DNA of 64,000 bases from a bacterium (GTDB taxonomy: Bacteria; Actinomycetota; Acidimicrobiia; Spongiisociales; Spongiisociaceae), in the NCBI GenBank assembly GCA_028821575.1, contig JAPPFW010000073.1, forward strand, positions 11,434 through 75,433, in the 5' to 3' direction. The stretch's first letter is position 1, and each line of letters opens with the position of its first letter. The position numbers and the translations under genes are program-made. Under the pieces are notes generated by a model. The model was given only the letters and a program-made list of their open reading frames with translations. It was not told the origin of the DNA and made no database searches. Below are positions 54,475-63,724 of the stretch, in pieces.

Positions 54475-55470
54475 CTAGCCCCTCTCCCTCGCCAGGCCGC
54501 GGCGGCGGGTTATCTCGGCGGAGATCGCCGGCACCACTTCGTGGAGGTCGGCGATGACCGCCCAGTCGGCCTTCGTCACCATCGGGGCGTCGGGGTCGAT
54601 GTTGATGGCGAGGATGTTCTTGGCACTCATCATCCCTACCCAGTGCTGGATGGCTCCGGAGATGCCGCAGGCGATGTAGAGGTCAGGTGCAACCACCGTT
54701 CCCGTCTGGCCCACCTGGAACTTGTGGTTCTTCCAACCGTTGTTGGTCACCACCCGCGAGCAGCCCACCGCGCCCCCGAGCAGGTCCGCCAGTTCCTCGA
54801 TGATGGCGAAGCCCTCGACACTTCCCACCCCGCGCCCGCCGCTGACCACCACCGGCGCGGTAGCGAGTGTGATTCCCTCCGAGACGGTCACCCGGTCCTT
54901 GACCATCGTGACCGCAGCAGAGTCGTCCAGCACCGGAACGAACTCCGCCACGTGCCCGGCGCCCCGGTCGGCGGCACGGGCCGCCTCGGTGCTGTGCGGG
55001 GCGAGCGTCACCAGCTTGGTGTGCGCCGCGAGCCGGGCCCGTTCGTGGAGGCTGCCTCCCCAGCGCACCCGGGTCATCAGCCAGTCATCCCCTTCGGACT
55101 CGATCTCCAGGCAGTTGGCGACCATTGCCAGATCCATCCTCGCTCCCACATGGGCCATGACCTCGTTGCCCCGGTCGGTCCCGGTTGCCACAACGGCCGT
55201 GGCACCAACCGAGCCGGCCAACTGCGCCAGGCTGTCGGCCCAAGCGTCGGGCCCGTAGTCGGTGAGCAACCCGTGGCGGACGAGATGGATCGCTTCGGCC
55301 CCGTAGGCAGCGAGTCCTCCCGCCGATCGGTCCGCTCCCTCCCCGATCACCGCGGTGTGGAGCTGTGCTCCCATGGTCTCGGCCAGGTGCCTGGCCCCGG
55401 TGAGGCCGCCCATCGTCGTCTCCTCGATCAGGCCACGGTCGTGCTCGACCAGGTACAGGAAGACGCTCAT
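54475..55470 (-). CDS. etfA: electron transfer flavoprotein alpha subunit
   Basis: 331 aa. C-terminal FAD-binding signature PDLYIACGISGAIQHWVGM. ATGA overlap with etfB. Confidence 0.9.
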   Translation of the reverse strand: MSVFLYLVEHDRGLIEETTMGGLTGARHLAETMGAQLHTAVIGEGADRSAGGLAAYGAEAIHLVRHGLLTDYGPDAWADSLAQLAGSVGATAVVATGTDRGNEVMAHVGARMDLAMVANCLEIESEGDDWLMTRVRWGGSLHERARLAAHTKLVTLAPHSTEAARAADRGAGHVAEFVPVLDDSAAVTMVKDRVTVSEGITLATAPVVVSGGRGVGSVEGFAIIEELADLLGGAVGCSRVVTNNGWKNHKFQVGQTGTVVAPDLYIACGISGAIQHWVGMMSAKNILAINIDPDAPMVTKADWAVIADLHEVVPAISAEITRRRGLARERG

Positions 55471-56234
55471 ACGAGACCTAACTCCTCCAGGATGTCGACG
55501 ATGGCCGGCGCTGCCTCCGCGCCCTCGCCAAGGATGTCGACCGTCGTCCCGACCGCCGGGGGCGTTGCCAGCACCACCTTCGACTGCCCGCTCGTGCCCG
55601 GGGTCGGCTCGATCCTCGACACCGGGGCCCGTCGAGCGGCCATCCGTCCTCTCAGCGTCGGGTACCGAGGCAGGTTGATGCCCTCCCTGACCCCCACCAC
55701 AGCCGGCAGCGGGAGTTGGTAGACCTCCGAGCCGGAAGCCGTCTCCCGGCGAGCGATGATCCGGTCGCCCGCGGTGTCTATCCCCTTGATGCCGCTGACC
55801 ATGGGCCGGCCCAGGGCCCGGGCCGCCCGGATCCCCACCTGGTAGCCACCCGAGTCGGCCGACTCGTTACCGAACAGGATCAGATCGTATGGTTCCCCCT
55901 GGTCGGACTCCGACTCGCGAATGGCGGCCACCAGGGCTTCGGAAGTCGAGACCGGCTCCCAGTCGGGGATGACGGTCGGTAGCAACACCGCCGAGTGGGC
56001 ACCCACCGCGATGGCCGAACGAAGCTGTTCCTCGGCTTCCGGCGGACCTAGGGTCATCACGGTCACGGATCCGCCCTCTCGCTCCACAATCTGCACCGCC
56101 TCTTCGACCGCGCACTCCTCGTGGGGGCTCACGGTGAACCCCAGCAATGAGGCGTCGATGTCCTGGCCGTCGGCGGTTAGGACGATCTTGGCCCCCGGCG
56201 CGGGGACCCTCTTGACGCAAACGAGGATCCGCAT
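55467..56234 (-). CDS. etfB: electron transfer flavoprotein beta subunit
   Basis: 255 aa. MRILVCVKRVP... N-terminus typical of EtfB. Confidence 0.9.
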   Translation of the reverse strand: MRILVCVKRVPAPGAKIVLTADGQDIDASLLGFTVSPHEECAVEEAVQIVEREGGSVTVMTLGPPEAEEQLRSAIAVGAHSAVLLPTVIPDWEPVSTSEALVAAIRESESDQGEPYDLILFGNESADSGGYQVGIRAARALGRPMVSGIKGIDTAGDRIIARRETASGSEVYQLPLPAVVGVREGINLPRYPTLRGRMAARRAPVSRIEPTPGTSGQSKVVLATPPAVGTTVDILGEGAEAAPAIVDILEELGLV

Positions 56235-56254
56235 CGTCTAGCGCGCCGCGCCCA

Positions 56255-58765
56255 TCAGCGCTTCATCCGGCTGTCGTCCGGATCGAAGAGCGGTTTCGAT
56301 CCGACTCGGGCCACCTTCACCGGGAACAGCTCGTTCTGATACATGATCCGGAGTTCGCTGCCTTCCTCCGCCATATCCGCGGGGAGGTACCCGAGCAGGA
56401 TGTAGGTGTCCAGGGATGGCGCCGCGCCCGCCGAGGTGACCCGGGACACGCGGCCCTTCGAGTCCACGATCCGATCTCCGTCCACGGTGAGGATCGGCTC
56501 GTTGCCGCCCATCGGGAACCGGGCTATGCCTGAGGTGGACACATGGCTCTCCATCGTCAGGGTGCAACAGACAGCCGCGGGGCCCGCTTCCCGCGCGGCC
56601 AGGTAGGCCTCCTTGCCGATGAAGTCGGCGGACTTGACCCTGGGCCGGGCCAGTCCGGCCTCGACCGGGTTGTACTCCGACTCCAGTTCGGCGCCCATGA
56701 GCCGGTAGCCCTTCTCCAACCGGGCCGTGGTTCCGTAGACGCCGGCTCCGACCGGGAGGACCCCGAACTCCCGGCCTGCCTCCCAGAGGGCCTTCCACAG
56801 CATGGGGGCGTGCTCCATGCCGGTGTATATCTCCCAACCGAGGTCGCCCACATAGGAGATCCGGAACATGGTCACGGGTGTCGAGTCGATGGTGGCGTGC
56901 TTGAAGGTTCCGTACGGAAATCCTTCGTGAGAGATGTCGTCGGAGGTGACCTTGCGGACCAGGCTTCGAGCGGAGGGACCCCATACCCCGATGGTGGACA
57001 ACGAGGAGGTCATGTCGGTGAACACCACGGATCCGTCCTCGGGGAGCCACTTGCGGAACCAGTAGGCGTCCCGGCCGCCGTCGAAGCCCCCGGTGACGAC
57101 GCGGAAGTGGTCCTCGCCCATGCGCAGGACCGTCAGGTCGGAACGGAAGCCGCCCTCCTCGGTCAGGAGGGGGGTGTAAACACCTCGCCCTGGCCGGTAG
57201 TCGAGTTGGTTCACCGTCATACGCTGCATGTAGTCGAGGGCGCCGGGTCCGCTGACGTCGAAGATGGCGAACGCGCTCAGGTCGATCATTCCCACCCGGT
57301 CCCGGAGGGCCAGGTGCTCGGCATTCTGGATTGGTGACCACCAACGGGAGTCCCACTCGTGGGGACGGTCGGGAATCCGATCGGCGTACTCCTCGAGGAG
57401 GGGGGCGTTCGACTCGTACCAGTGGGGCCGTTCCCATCCGCCCGCCTCGAAGTACACTGCCCCGAGTGCCGACGTGGTGCTGTGCAGGGTGCTGACGCGG
57501 CTGTCGCGCCGGCTGTCCCACTGCTCCCGCGGGTGGACGATGCCGTAGGTCTTGTTGAAGTGCTCCGCGCAGCGGGAGAGGATGTGGCTCTCTGTCTTCA
57601 TGTAGGGGTAGAACCGGGCGATATCGGAGGCATGAGGGTCGATCTCCGGGTATCCCTGGGTCATCCACTCGGCCAGCGCTCGTCCCGTGCCCGGTCCTTC
57701 CTTGATCCAGATCGCCGCGCACGACCACAGGTTCCTGACCTCCGGGGTCTCACCCACCAGGGGCATCGCGTCGGGAGTGAGCGAGAGCAGCCCGTTGATC
57801 CCGTACTTGATCTCGGCGTCTCCGAGGAAGGGCATGAGCTCCAAGGCCTCTTCGAGCTGGGGATCGAAGTCGTCCATGGTTAGAGGAAGCTCGGTGGGCG
57901 ACAGGCGGGCCTCATCGATCGAGGGGATGGTGTCCGGGTGATGGAAGATCGGCCGGTGGGCGTATGAACCGACCTCCATGGACCCGCCCGTCTGGCGCTC
58001 GTAGCAGAAAGTGTCCATGTCCCGGACTATCGGGTAGCCGATCTCGCTGTTGGTGGCGGACAGGATCTCGAGGGGTCCCACATCGATCATCTGGTGAACG
58101 GCGGGGGTTAAAGGGATGGAGGCGCCCGCCATCCGTGCCAGGCGGGGCGACCAGACGCCACAGGCGATCACCACGTACTCGCAGGCGATCCTTCCCTTGT
58201 CCGTGACCACCGCATCGATACGTCCCCGCTTCGTCTCGATGTCCAGGACCTCGGTCAGCGGGTGAACCGACAGGGCGCCCTTGGACTGCGCGTACTCGCG
58301 CATGAGGGTTCCTGCCCGCAGGGAGTCGACCACCGAGACGCCGGGCGTGTACCAGCCGCCCAGTATCACCGACTCGTCGAGGTAGGGGACCAGCTCCGTC
58401 GCTTCGGCGGGGCTCACGAGCCAACTGTCGATGCCCCAGCACTTGGCGGAGGTCATCCGGCGGCTGAGTTCGTGGAGCCGCTCAGCGGTCCGCGCTACCT
58501 CGATCCCGCCCGAGGTGACGCTGACCTCCATCTCCTCGTACTGTTCCTGGCTGTCGAGAGTGAGGTGGGCCATCTCCTTGTTGTGGTCGACCGGAAAGAT
58601 GAAGTTCGAGGCGTGGCCGGTCGATCCACCCGGGTTGGGCAGAGGTCCCTTGTCCAACTGGACGATGTCTCGCCACCCGAGAGCGGCGAGGTGCTTGACT
58701 ACTGAATTACCGACGATGCCTGCGCCGATCACTACGACCCGGGCGCTGGTTGGCAGGTCGCTCAT
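56255..58765 (-). CDS. dimethylglycine/sarcosine dehydrogenase or oxidase-family flavoenzyme with GcvT-like domain, paralog 3 (divergent)
   Basis: 836 aa. VVVIGAGIVG FAD fold, GGSTGHASNF in place of the STWHAAG motif of paralogs 1 and 2, and C-terminal ISYVGDLGWEIY. Heads the dmgdh3-etfB-etfA operon. Confidence 0.85.
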   Translation of the reverse strand: MSDLPTSARVVVIGAGIVGNSVVKHLAALGWRDIVQLDKGPLPNPGGSTGHASNFIFPVDHNKEMAHLTLDSQEQYEEMEVSVTSGGIEVARTAERLHELSRRMTSAKCWGIDSWLVSPAEATELVPYLDESVILGGWYTPGVSVVDSLRAGTLMREYAQSKGALSVHPLTEVLDIETKRGRIDAVVTDKGRIACEYVVIACGVWSPRLARMAGASIPLTPAVHQMIDVGPLEILSATNSEIGYPIVRDMDTFCYERQTGGSMEVGSYAHRPIFHHPDTIPSIDEARLSPTELPLTMDDFDPQLEEALELMPFLGDAEIKYGINGLLSLTPDAMPLVGETPEVRNLWSCAAIWIKEGPGTGRALAEWMTQGYPEIDPHASDIARFYPYMKTESHILSRCAEHFNKTYGIVHPREQWDSRRDSRVSTLHSTTSALGAVYFEAGGWERPHWYESNAPLLEEYADRIPDRPHEWDSRWWSPIQNAEHLALRDRVGMIDLSAFAIFDVSGPGALDYMQRMTVNQLDYRPGRGVYTPLLTEEGGFRSDLTVLRMGEDHFRVVTGGFDGGRDAYWFRKWLPEDGSVVFTDMTSSLSTIGVWGPSARSLVRKVTSDDISHEGFPYGTFKHATIDSTPVTMFRISYVGDLGWEIYTGMEHAPMLWKALWEAGREFGVLPVGAGVYGTTARLEKGYRLMGAELESEYNPVEAGLARPRVKSADFIGKEAYLAAREAGPAAVCCTLTMESHVSTSGIARFPMGGNEPILTVDGDRIVDSKGRVSRVTSAGAAPSLDTYILLGYLPADMAEEGSELRIMYQNELFPVKVARVGSKPLFDPDDSRMKR

Positions 58766-58789
58766 CCCCGGCTCCTGTTCCTACCCCAT

Positions 58790-58832
58790 GTTCCGCATCG
58801 CGGAACCTTCTTACGATACGGAACAGCATACC
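58790..58832. promoter_or_regulatory. cluster of GTTCCGCATCG-type half-sites (dmgdh3-proximal side of the divergent promoter)
   Basis: Perfect palindrome GTTCCGC-ATC-GCGGAAC (58790-58806). CGATACGGAAC (58814-58824). GGAACAGCATACC (58820-58832) is the exact inverted partner of 58944-58956. Confidence 0.55.
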
Positions 58833-58943
58833 TAGCGATCGGCGGGATTTCATCGGCTGCCGGGAGGTTTGGTGCGGGATGCGAGACCATGGGGAGGAGT
58901 CGGACACAAAACCGTTATTCTGTAGCCTGTCGACGGCGGTTGA

Positions 58944-58980
58944 GGTATGCTGTTCCACGATGTAGGACTGTTCCGCATCA
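58944..58980. promoter_or_regulatory. cluster of GTTCC(G/A)C(A/G)ATC half-sites (corrinoid-operon-proximal side)
   Basis: GGTATGCTGTTCC (58944-58956), GTTCCACGATG (58952-58962) and GTTCCGCATCA (58970-58980). About 55 nt upstream of the corrinoid-protein ATG. Confidence 0.55.
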
Positions 58981-59034
58981 TGAGACACAAACATCAGGCT
59001 TCCCGCTGGCGGGGGAAGGGTTCTATCTGCTCTC

Positions 59035-59742
59035 ATGGACATGTTCGACGACGAACTCGACCTCCGAACGCTTCCCGACGATGAACTCGTCGAGCAGATG
59101 CACGACGATCTGTATGACGGCCTGGCCGAGGAAATCGACGAGGGCACGCGCATCCTGCTGGAGAGGGGGTGGAGCGCTTCAGATGTCCTGAACGACGCCC
59201 TGGTGGAGGGTATGCGGATCGTCGGTATCGACTTCCGCGACGGCATCCTCTTCGTTCCCGAGGTCCTCCTGGCCGCCAACGCGATGAAGGCGGGCATGGC
59301 TGTTCTCCGGCCCCTCCTGGCCGAGACAGGCGCCGAGACCGTCGGGAAGGTGGTCATCGGTACCGTCAAGGGGGACATTCACGACATCGGCAAGAACCTC
59401 GTGGCGATGATGATGGAGGGGGCCGGTTTCGAGGTCGTCGATCTGGGGATCAACACCGATGTGGACGAGTTCCTGGAAGCCATCGAGTTGTACCAACCGG
59501 ACATTCTCGGGATGTCCGCCCTGCTCACAACCACGATGCCCTACATGAAGGTGGTGGTCGACACCCTCGTTGCCAAAGGGTTGCGGGATCGCTACATCGT
59601 CATGGTGGGCGGCGCGCCCCTCAATGAGGAGTTCGGGCGGGCGGTAGGCGCCGATGCCTACTGCCGGGACGCCGCGGTTGCTGCCGAGACCGCCAAGGAC
59701 CTGGTCATGAAGCAGCGCATCCTCATGAGCGAGCATGTCTGA
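59035..59742 (+). CDS. cobalamin-binding corrinoid protein (MtbC/MttC/MtgC-like)
   Basis: 235 aa. N-terminal helical cap, then a B12-binding Rossmann domain with the His-on ligand motif GDIHDIGKN (DxHxxG) and ...GMSALLTTT. Confidence 0.85.
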   Translation: MDMFDDELDLRTLPDDELVEQMHDDLYDGLAEEIDEGTRILLERGWSASDVLNDALVEGMRIVGIDFRDGILFVPEVLLAANAMKAGMAVLRPLLAETGAETVGKVVIGTVKGDIHDIGKNLVAMMMEGAGFEVVDLGINTDVDEFLEAIELYQPDILGMSALLTTTMPYMKVVVDTLVAKGLRDRYIVMVGGAPLNEEFGRAVGADAYCRDAAVAAETAKDLVMKQRILMSEHV

Positions 59743-60352
59743 GCAGAGGGATGGGATGCCTCGCCTGCTCGTCCTGGCGTGTGGGGCGCTGGCGTCGGAG
59801 ATCCGGCACATAGTCCGGATCAACGGCTTGAGCCACATCACCCTTATGTGCCTGCCCGCCCGCTTCCACAACACACCGGAACGTATCGTTCCCGAACTCG
59901 AGACCCGGCTCGAGCGTTTGGCGCCCATGTACGAGAGGATCCTCATCGGGTACGCCGACTGCGGTACCGGGGGCCGGCTTGATTCGCTGGTCGACCGCTG
60001 GGAGAACGTCGAGCGCCTCCCCGGGGCCCACTGCTACGAGTTCTTCGCGACCTCGCCCAGGTTCATGGAACTCCACGAGGCGGAGCTGGGGACCTTCTAC
60101 CTGACCGACTTCCTGACCCGGCATTTCGACCGCCTGGTCTGGGATACTCTCGGGCTGTCCCGTCACCCCCAGCTGCGCGACATGTACTTCGGTAACTATC
60201 GCAAGCTCGTCTACCTATCGCAGTTCGACGATCCGGAACTCTACGAGATGGCCGAGGAGGCAGCTGACCGCCTAGGCCTCGAGTTCCATCATCATCCGGT
60301 CGGTCTGGGAGATCTCGGCACGAGCTTGGAGAGATTCGCGGCGGCGGGTTGA
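59735..60352 (+). CDS. DUF1638-like protein (recurrent, uncharacterised partner of corrinoid methyltransferase operons)
   Basis: 205 aa. LLVLACGALASEI...IGYADCGTGG pattern as recalled for DUF1638. 8-nt overlap with the corrinoid protein gene. Confidence 0.55.
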   Translation: MSEQRDGMPRLLVLACGALASEIRHIVRINGLSHITLMCLPARFHNTPERIVPELETRLERLAPMYERILIGYADCGTGGRLDSLVDRWENVERLPGAHCYEFFATSPRFMELHEAELGTFYLTDFLTRHFDRLVWDTLGLSRHPQLRDMYFGNYRKLVYLSQFDDPELYEMAEEAADRLGLEFHHHPVGLGDLGTSLERFAAAG

Positions 60353-60397
60353 TCCGCTCATGCCTGGCGAACGGTCATCGACAGATCCTCGCGGCTC

Positions 60398-60784
60398 ATG
60401 ACCGGGCGACGTACCAGCGCGCGCAACCAGAGAGCGCGCTCGGAGTTGATCACGATCCTTTGGCGTGACATACCTGCGCAGGTCACAGCGCGATCGGGAA
60501 GGAACAAGATGGCGGTCGAGTTACCGGGACGGTTCCAGACCGCTATTGACCGAGCGGCGATGGTGGCGGGTTGCCACACCTATAGCGACTACATCGAGGA
60601 GTGGCGCCGGACCGCCACGCCTTGCAGCCAGGACGTGGAGGCAGAGGCGAAGGCGGCAGCCGCCCGAATCGAGCAGGACTTTCCCAACGAGAGATTGTTT
60701 CGCATTGCCGCAAACGGGGGATTCGACGAATCCGCGATGTTCCCGGAGACCATGCGGCACGGGAGCAAGGACGGCGAGCCGTGA
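60398..60784 (+). CDS. small 'virulence factor'-domain-like protein of unknown function
   Basis: About 100-128 aa. The core LITILWRDIPAQVTAR...LPGRFQTAIDRAAM resembles, from memory, the Pfam Virulence_fact-type proteins that accompany MttB/corrinoid clusters in alphaproteobacteria. Start uncertain. GTGA overlap with the next gene. Confidence 0.5.
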   Translation: MTGRRTSARNQRARSELITILWRDIPAQVTARSGRNKMAVELPGRFQTAIDRAAMVAGCHTYSDYIEEWRRTATPCSQDVEAEAKAAAARIEQDFPNERLFRIAANGGFDESAMFPETMRHGSKDGEP

Positions 60785-61689
60785 CGCGCACCGTCGTCAG
60801 TTCGGCAACCAGGGAGGTGGTCATCGGTCCGGATCGCCCCTTCGTGGTCATCGGGGAACGGATCAACCCGACCGGCCGCAAGCTGTTGGCGGCCGAGATG
60901 CGCGAGGGTGACTACCACCGTGTAGAGGCGGACGCCCTAGCCCAGGTGGCGGCCGGCGCCCACATGCTGGACGTGAATGCCGGTATACCGCTGGCCGACG
61001 AGCCGGCCATCCTGGCCGAGGCCATCCGACTGGTCCAATCCCTCGTGGATGTTCCCCTGGCCATCGATTCGTCGATCGTCGAGGCGTTGGAAGCAGGTCT
61101 GGCCGTGTACGAGGGCAAGGCTCTGGTCAACTCGGTCACGGGCGAGGAGGAACGTCTGGAGCGAGTCCTCCCGCTGGTGGCCAGATACGGCGCGGCCGTG
61201 GTGGCTATCTCCAACGACGAATCCGGCATCTCCGAGGACCCCGACGTCAGGTTCGAAGTCGCCGCCAAGATCGTGCGACGGGCAGCCGACCACGGGATAC
61301 CGGCAAGCGACGTGGTGGTCGATCCCCTGGTGATGCCGGTGGGCGCGATGCGCTTTGCGGGGGCTCAGGTCTTCCACATCCTGCGCCGGTTGCGCGAGGA
61401 ACTCGGGGTCAACTCCACCTGTGGCGCCTCGAACATCAGCTTCGGTCTGCCGAACCGTCACGGGATCAACAGCGCCTTCCTTGCCATGGCGATCTCGAAC
61501 GGCCTCACCTCGGCCATAACGAACCCGCTCGAGCGGGAGATCGTTACCGCGATCAAGGCTGCCGACGTGCTGACCGGTAATGACCGCGATTGTGTCGCCT
61601 GGATCAGGACATTCCGTGAAACGGGAGCGGCAGCCGGCGGCCGTGGTCGGCGCCGCGGCCGCAGGCGACGGGCTGTCAGAGCCGGGTAG
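60781..61689 (+). CDS. methyltetrahydrofolate:corrinoid methyltransferase (pterin-binding, MetH/AcsE/MtgA-like)
   Basis: 302 aa from the GTG at 60781. VIGERINPTGRK, LDVNAG, ALVNSV and VVDPLV motifs of the pterin-binding (DHPS-like TIM barrel) domain. The tracked start at 60601 overlaps the previous gene. Confidence 0.8.
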   Translation: MTRTVVSSATREVVIGPDRPFVVIGERINPTGRKLLAAEMREGDYHRVEADALAQVAAGAHMLDVNAGIPLADEPAILAEAIRLVQSLVDVPLAIDSSIVEALEAGLAVYEGKALVNSVTGEEERLERVLPLVARYGAAVVAISNDESGISEDPDVRFEVAAKIVRRAADHGIPASDVVVDPLVMPVGAMRFAGAQVFHILRRLREELGVNSTCGASNISFGLPNRHGINSAFLAMAISNGLTSAITNPLEREIVTAIKAADVLTGNDRDCVAWIRTFRETGAAAGGRGRRRGRRRRAVRAG

Positions 61690-61699
61690 GAGTCGATCC

Positions 61700-63724
61700 A
61701 TGGCCGCTTGCCCGGTTCAGGTCATCTTCACCCCCTCCGGTAGGAGGGGAACGGTCGAGGCGGGGACAACCGTCCTCGAGGCTGCGCGGCACCTGGGTGT
61801 CGACATCGACTCGGTGTGCGGCGGGAGGGGCTTGTGCGGTCGCTGCCAGGTGACGCTCGGCTCGTCGGTGAGCATTCCGGGCACAGAGGATCGCCTGTCG
61901 GCCCGGGATGCCGTCGAACTGGGTTTCCGGAACCGGCGCCGTCCCCTGCGTGAAGGTCATCGGCTCTCGTGCGCCGCCCGCCTGCGGGCCGACGCCGTAA
62001 TCGATGTCCCGCCATACAGCCAGGTGCGAAAGCAGGTGGTCCGGAAACGCGCCGAGGTGGTGGACATCCCGGTAGACCCCGTCGTGCGCCTCCACTACCT
62101 CGAGGTCGAGCCTCCCGACATGCACCGCCAAGCCTCGGATCTGGCGCGGGTGCTGCGGGCCCTGGAAGCCCAGTGGGGCATCATCGGGGTGGAGGTCGAC
62201 CACCACGTTCTGGTGGAACTACAGGACGCGCTGCGGGCCGGTGATTGGACGATCACCCTCGCGGTGCACGATGGAGCGGTAGTCACCGGAGTCTGGCCCG
62301 GTTTCCATGACGGGCCGGCGGGTGTGGCGATCGATGTGGGATCGACGACGGTGGCGGGCCATCTCTGCGATCTTTCGACGGGCTCGATCCTTGCATCAAC
62401 CGGGATGATGAATCCCCAGATCCGTTTCGGCGAAGACCTCATGAGCCGTGTCTCCTACGTGATGATGAACGACGGAGGCGAACAGGAGTTGACGGGAGCC
62501 ATCCGCGCCGCCCTGGACCAGTTGGTCGGCGAACTGGTGCAGGCGGCCGGGCTGGAACGGAGCGCAGTGCTGGAGGTGGCGCTGGTCGGCAACCCGATCA
62601 TGCACCACCTGGTTCTCGGAATCGATCCGCGCAGGCTGGGGGTGGCGCCCTTCGCCCTGGCCACCGACGGACCGGTCAGGACACCGGTCTCCACGATCGG
62701 AGTCCGGGCTCACCCGGGTGCCCGGCTGTACGTCCTGCCCTGCGTCGCGGGTCACGTCGGCGCCGACGCGGCCGGCGCGGTGCTGTCGGAGGGCCCTCAC
62801 CGCGGGCAGGACATCCAGTTGCTGGTCGACGTGGGCACCAATGCCGAGATCGTCCTGGGAAGCGCCGGACGCCTGCTCGCCGCCTCTAGTCCCACCGGTC
62901 CTGCCTTCGAGGGTGCCGAGATCAGTTCCGGTCAGCGAGCCACCCCGGGCGCTATCGAGAGGGTCCGGATCGATCGAACCACACTGGAGCCGCGCTTCAA
63001 GGTGATCGGAGCCACGATGTGGTCGGACGAGGAAGGTTTCGAAGAGGCGACGGTCGGCACCGGGGTCATCGGCATCTGCGGCTCCGGGATCATCGAAGCG
63101 GTCGCGGAGCTTGCCCTCGCAGGCGTGGTGTCATCGGACGGGCTCATCGTCGACTCGGGGCGCACGGGCCGGGTCACGACGGAAGGCCGGTCTGCCACGT
63201 TCCTGCTCCATGACGGGTCGTCCTCGGGTGCGGCCCGCATCGCGATAACCCAGAACGACGTCAGATCCATCCAGCTTGCCAAGGCCGCCCTGTACGCGGG
63301 CATCCGCTTGCTCATGGACCACCTGGGAGTGGATAGGGTGGATGAGATCAGGCTGGCGGGTGCATTCGGCAGCCACATCGATCCGGTCTACGCCATGGTC
63401 CTGGGCATGATTCCCGACTGCGACCTGGACCGTGTCTCGGCCGCGGGCAATGCTGCCGGTACCGGCGCCACGATGGCCCTGCTCAGCGGCGCCGCGCGGG
63501 GTGAGATAGAGGGCCTCGTGCGGAAGGTGGAGAAGATCGAGACCGCGGTGGCCCCGGGCTTCCAGCAGCACTTCGTGGAGGCGATGGCCATTCCCCATGC
63601 CACGGCGGCCTTCGAGCAACTGGCCCGGCGGGTGGATCTGGCGGGTATCGCGTCGGTCGAGCCGACCGGCCATCGCCGGAGAGTCGGACGTAGGAACCGC
63701 AGGAGACGGGTAGGAAGGACATGA
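61700..63724 (+). CDS. corrinoid reductive activase (N-terminal [2Fe-2S] ferredoxin plus ASKHA/DUF4445 ATPase, RACo/RamA-like)
   Basis: 674 aa from the ATG at 61700 (GTAGGAG upstream). SVCGGRGLCGRCQV ferredoxin motif. ASKHA phosphate motifs AIDVGSTTV and LLVDVGTNAEIVLG. Confidence 0.8.
   Translation: MAACPVQVIFTPSGRRGTVEAGTTVLEAARHLGVDIDSVCGGRGLCGRCQVTLGSSVSIPGTEDRLSARDAVELGFRNRRRPLREGHRLSCAARLRADAVIDVPPYSQVRKQVVRKRAEVVDIPVDPVVRLHYLEVEPPDMHRQASDLARVLRALEAQWGIIGVEVDHHVLVELQDALRAGDWTITLAVHDGAVVTGVWPGFHDGPAGVAIDVGSTTVAGHLCDLSTGSILASTGMMNPQIRFGEDLMSRVSYVMMNDGGEQELTGAIRAALDQLVGELVQAAGLERSAVLEVALVGNPIMHHLVLGIDPRRLGVAPFALATDGPVRTPVSTIGVRAHPGARLYVLPCVAGHVGADAAGAVLSEGPHRGQDIQLLVDVGTNAEIVLGSAGRLLAASSPTGPAFEGAEISSGQRATPGAIERVRIDRTTLEPRFKVIGATMWSDEEGFEEATVGTGVIGICGSGIIEAVAELALAGVVSSDGLIVDSGRTGRVTTEGRSATFLLHDGSSSGAARIAITQNDVRSIQLAKAALYAGIRLLMDHLGVDRVDEIRLAGAFGSHIDPVYAMVLGMIPDCDLDRVSAAGNAAGTGATMALLSGAARGEIEGLVRKVEKIETAVAPGFQQHFVEAMAIPHATAAFEQLARRVDLAGIASVEPTGHRRRVGRRNRRRRVGRT

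Noticed and set aside
58766-59034. Cobalamin riboswitch upstream of the corrinoid protein operon.
   Set aside because: I could not find a B12-box-like element (…AGYCMGGAGACCKGCC…) or the conserved GCAACTGT/GGGAA core elements. The region is better explained by repeated protein-binding half-sites. An Infernal scan would be needed to be certain.
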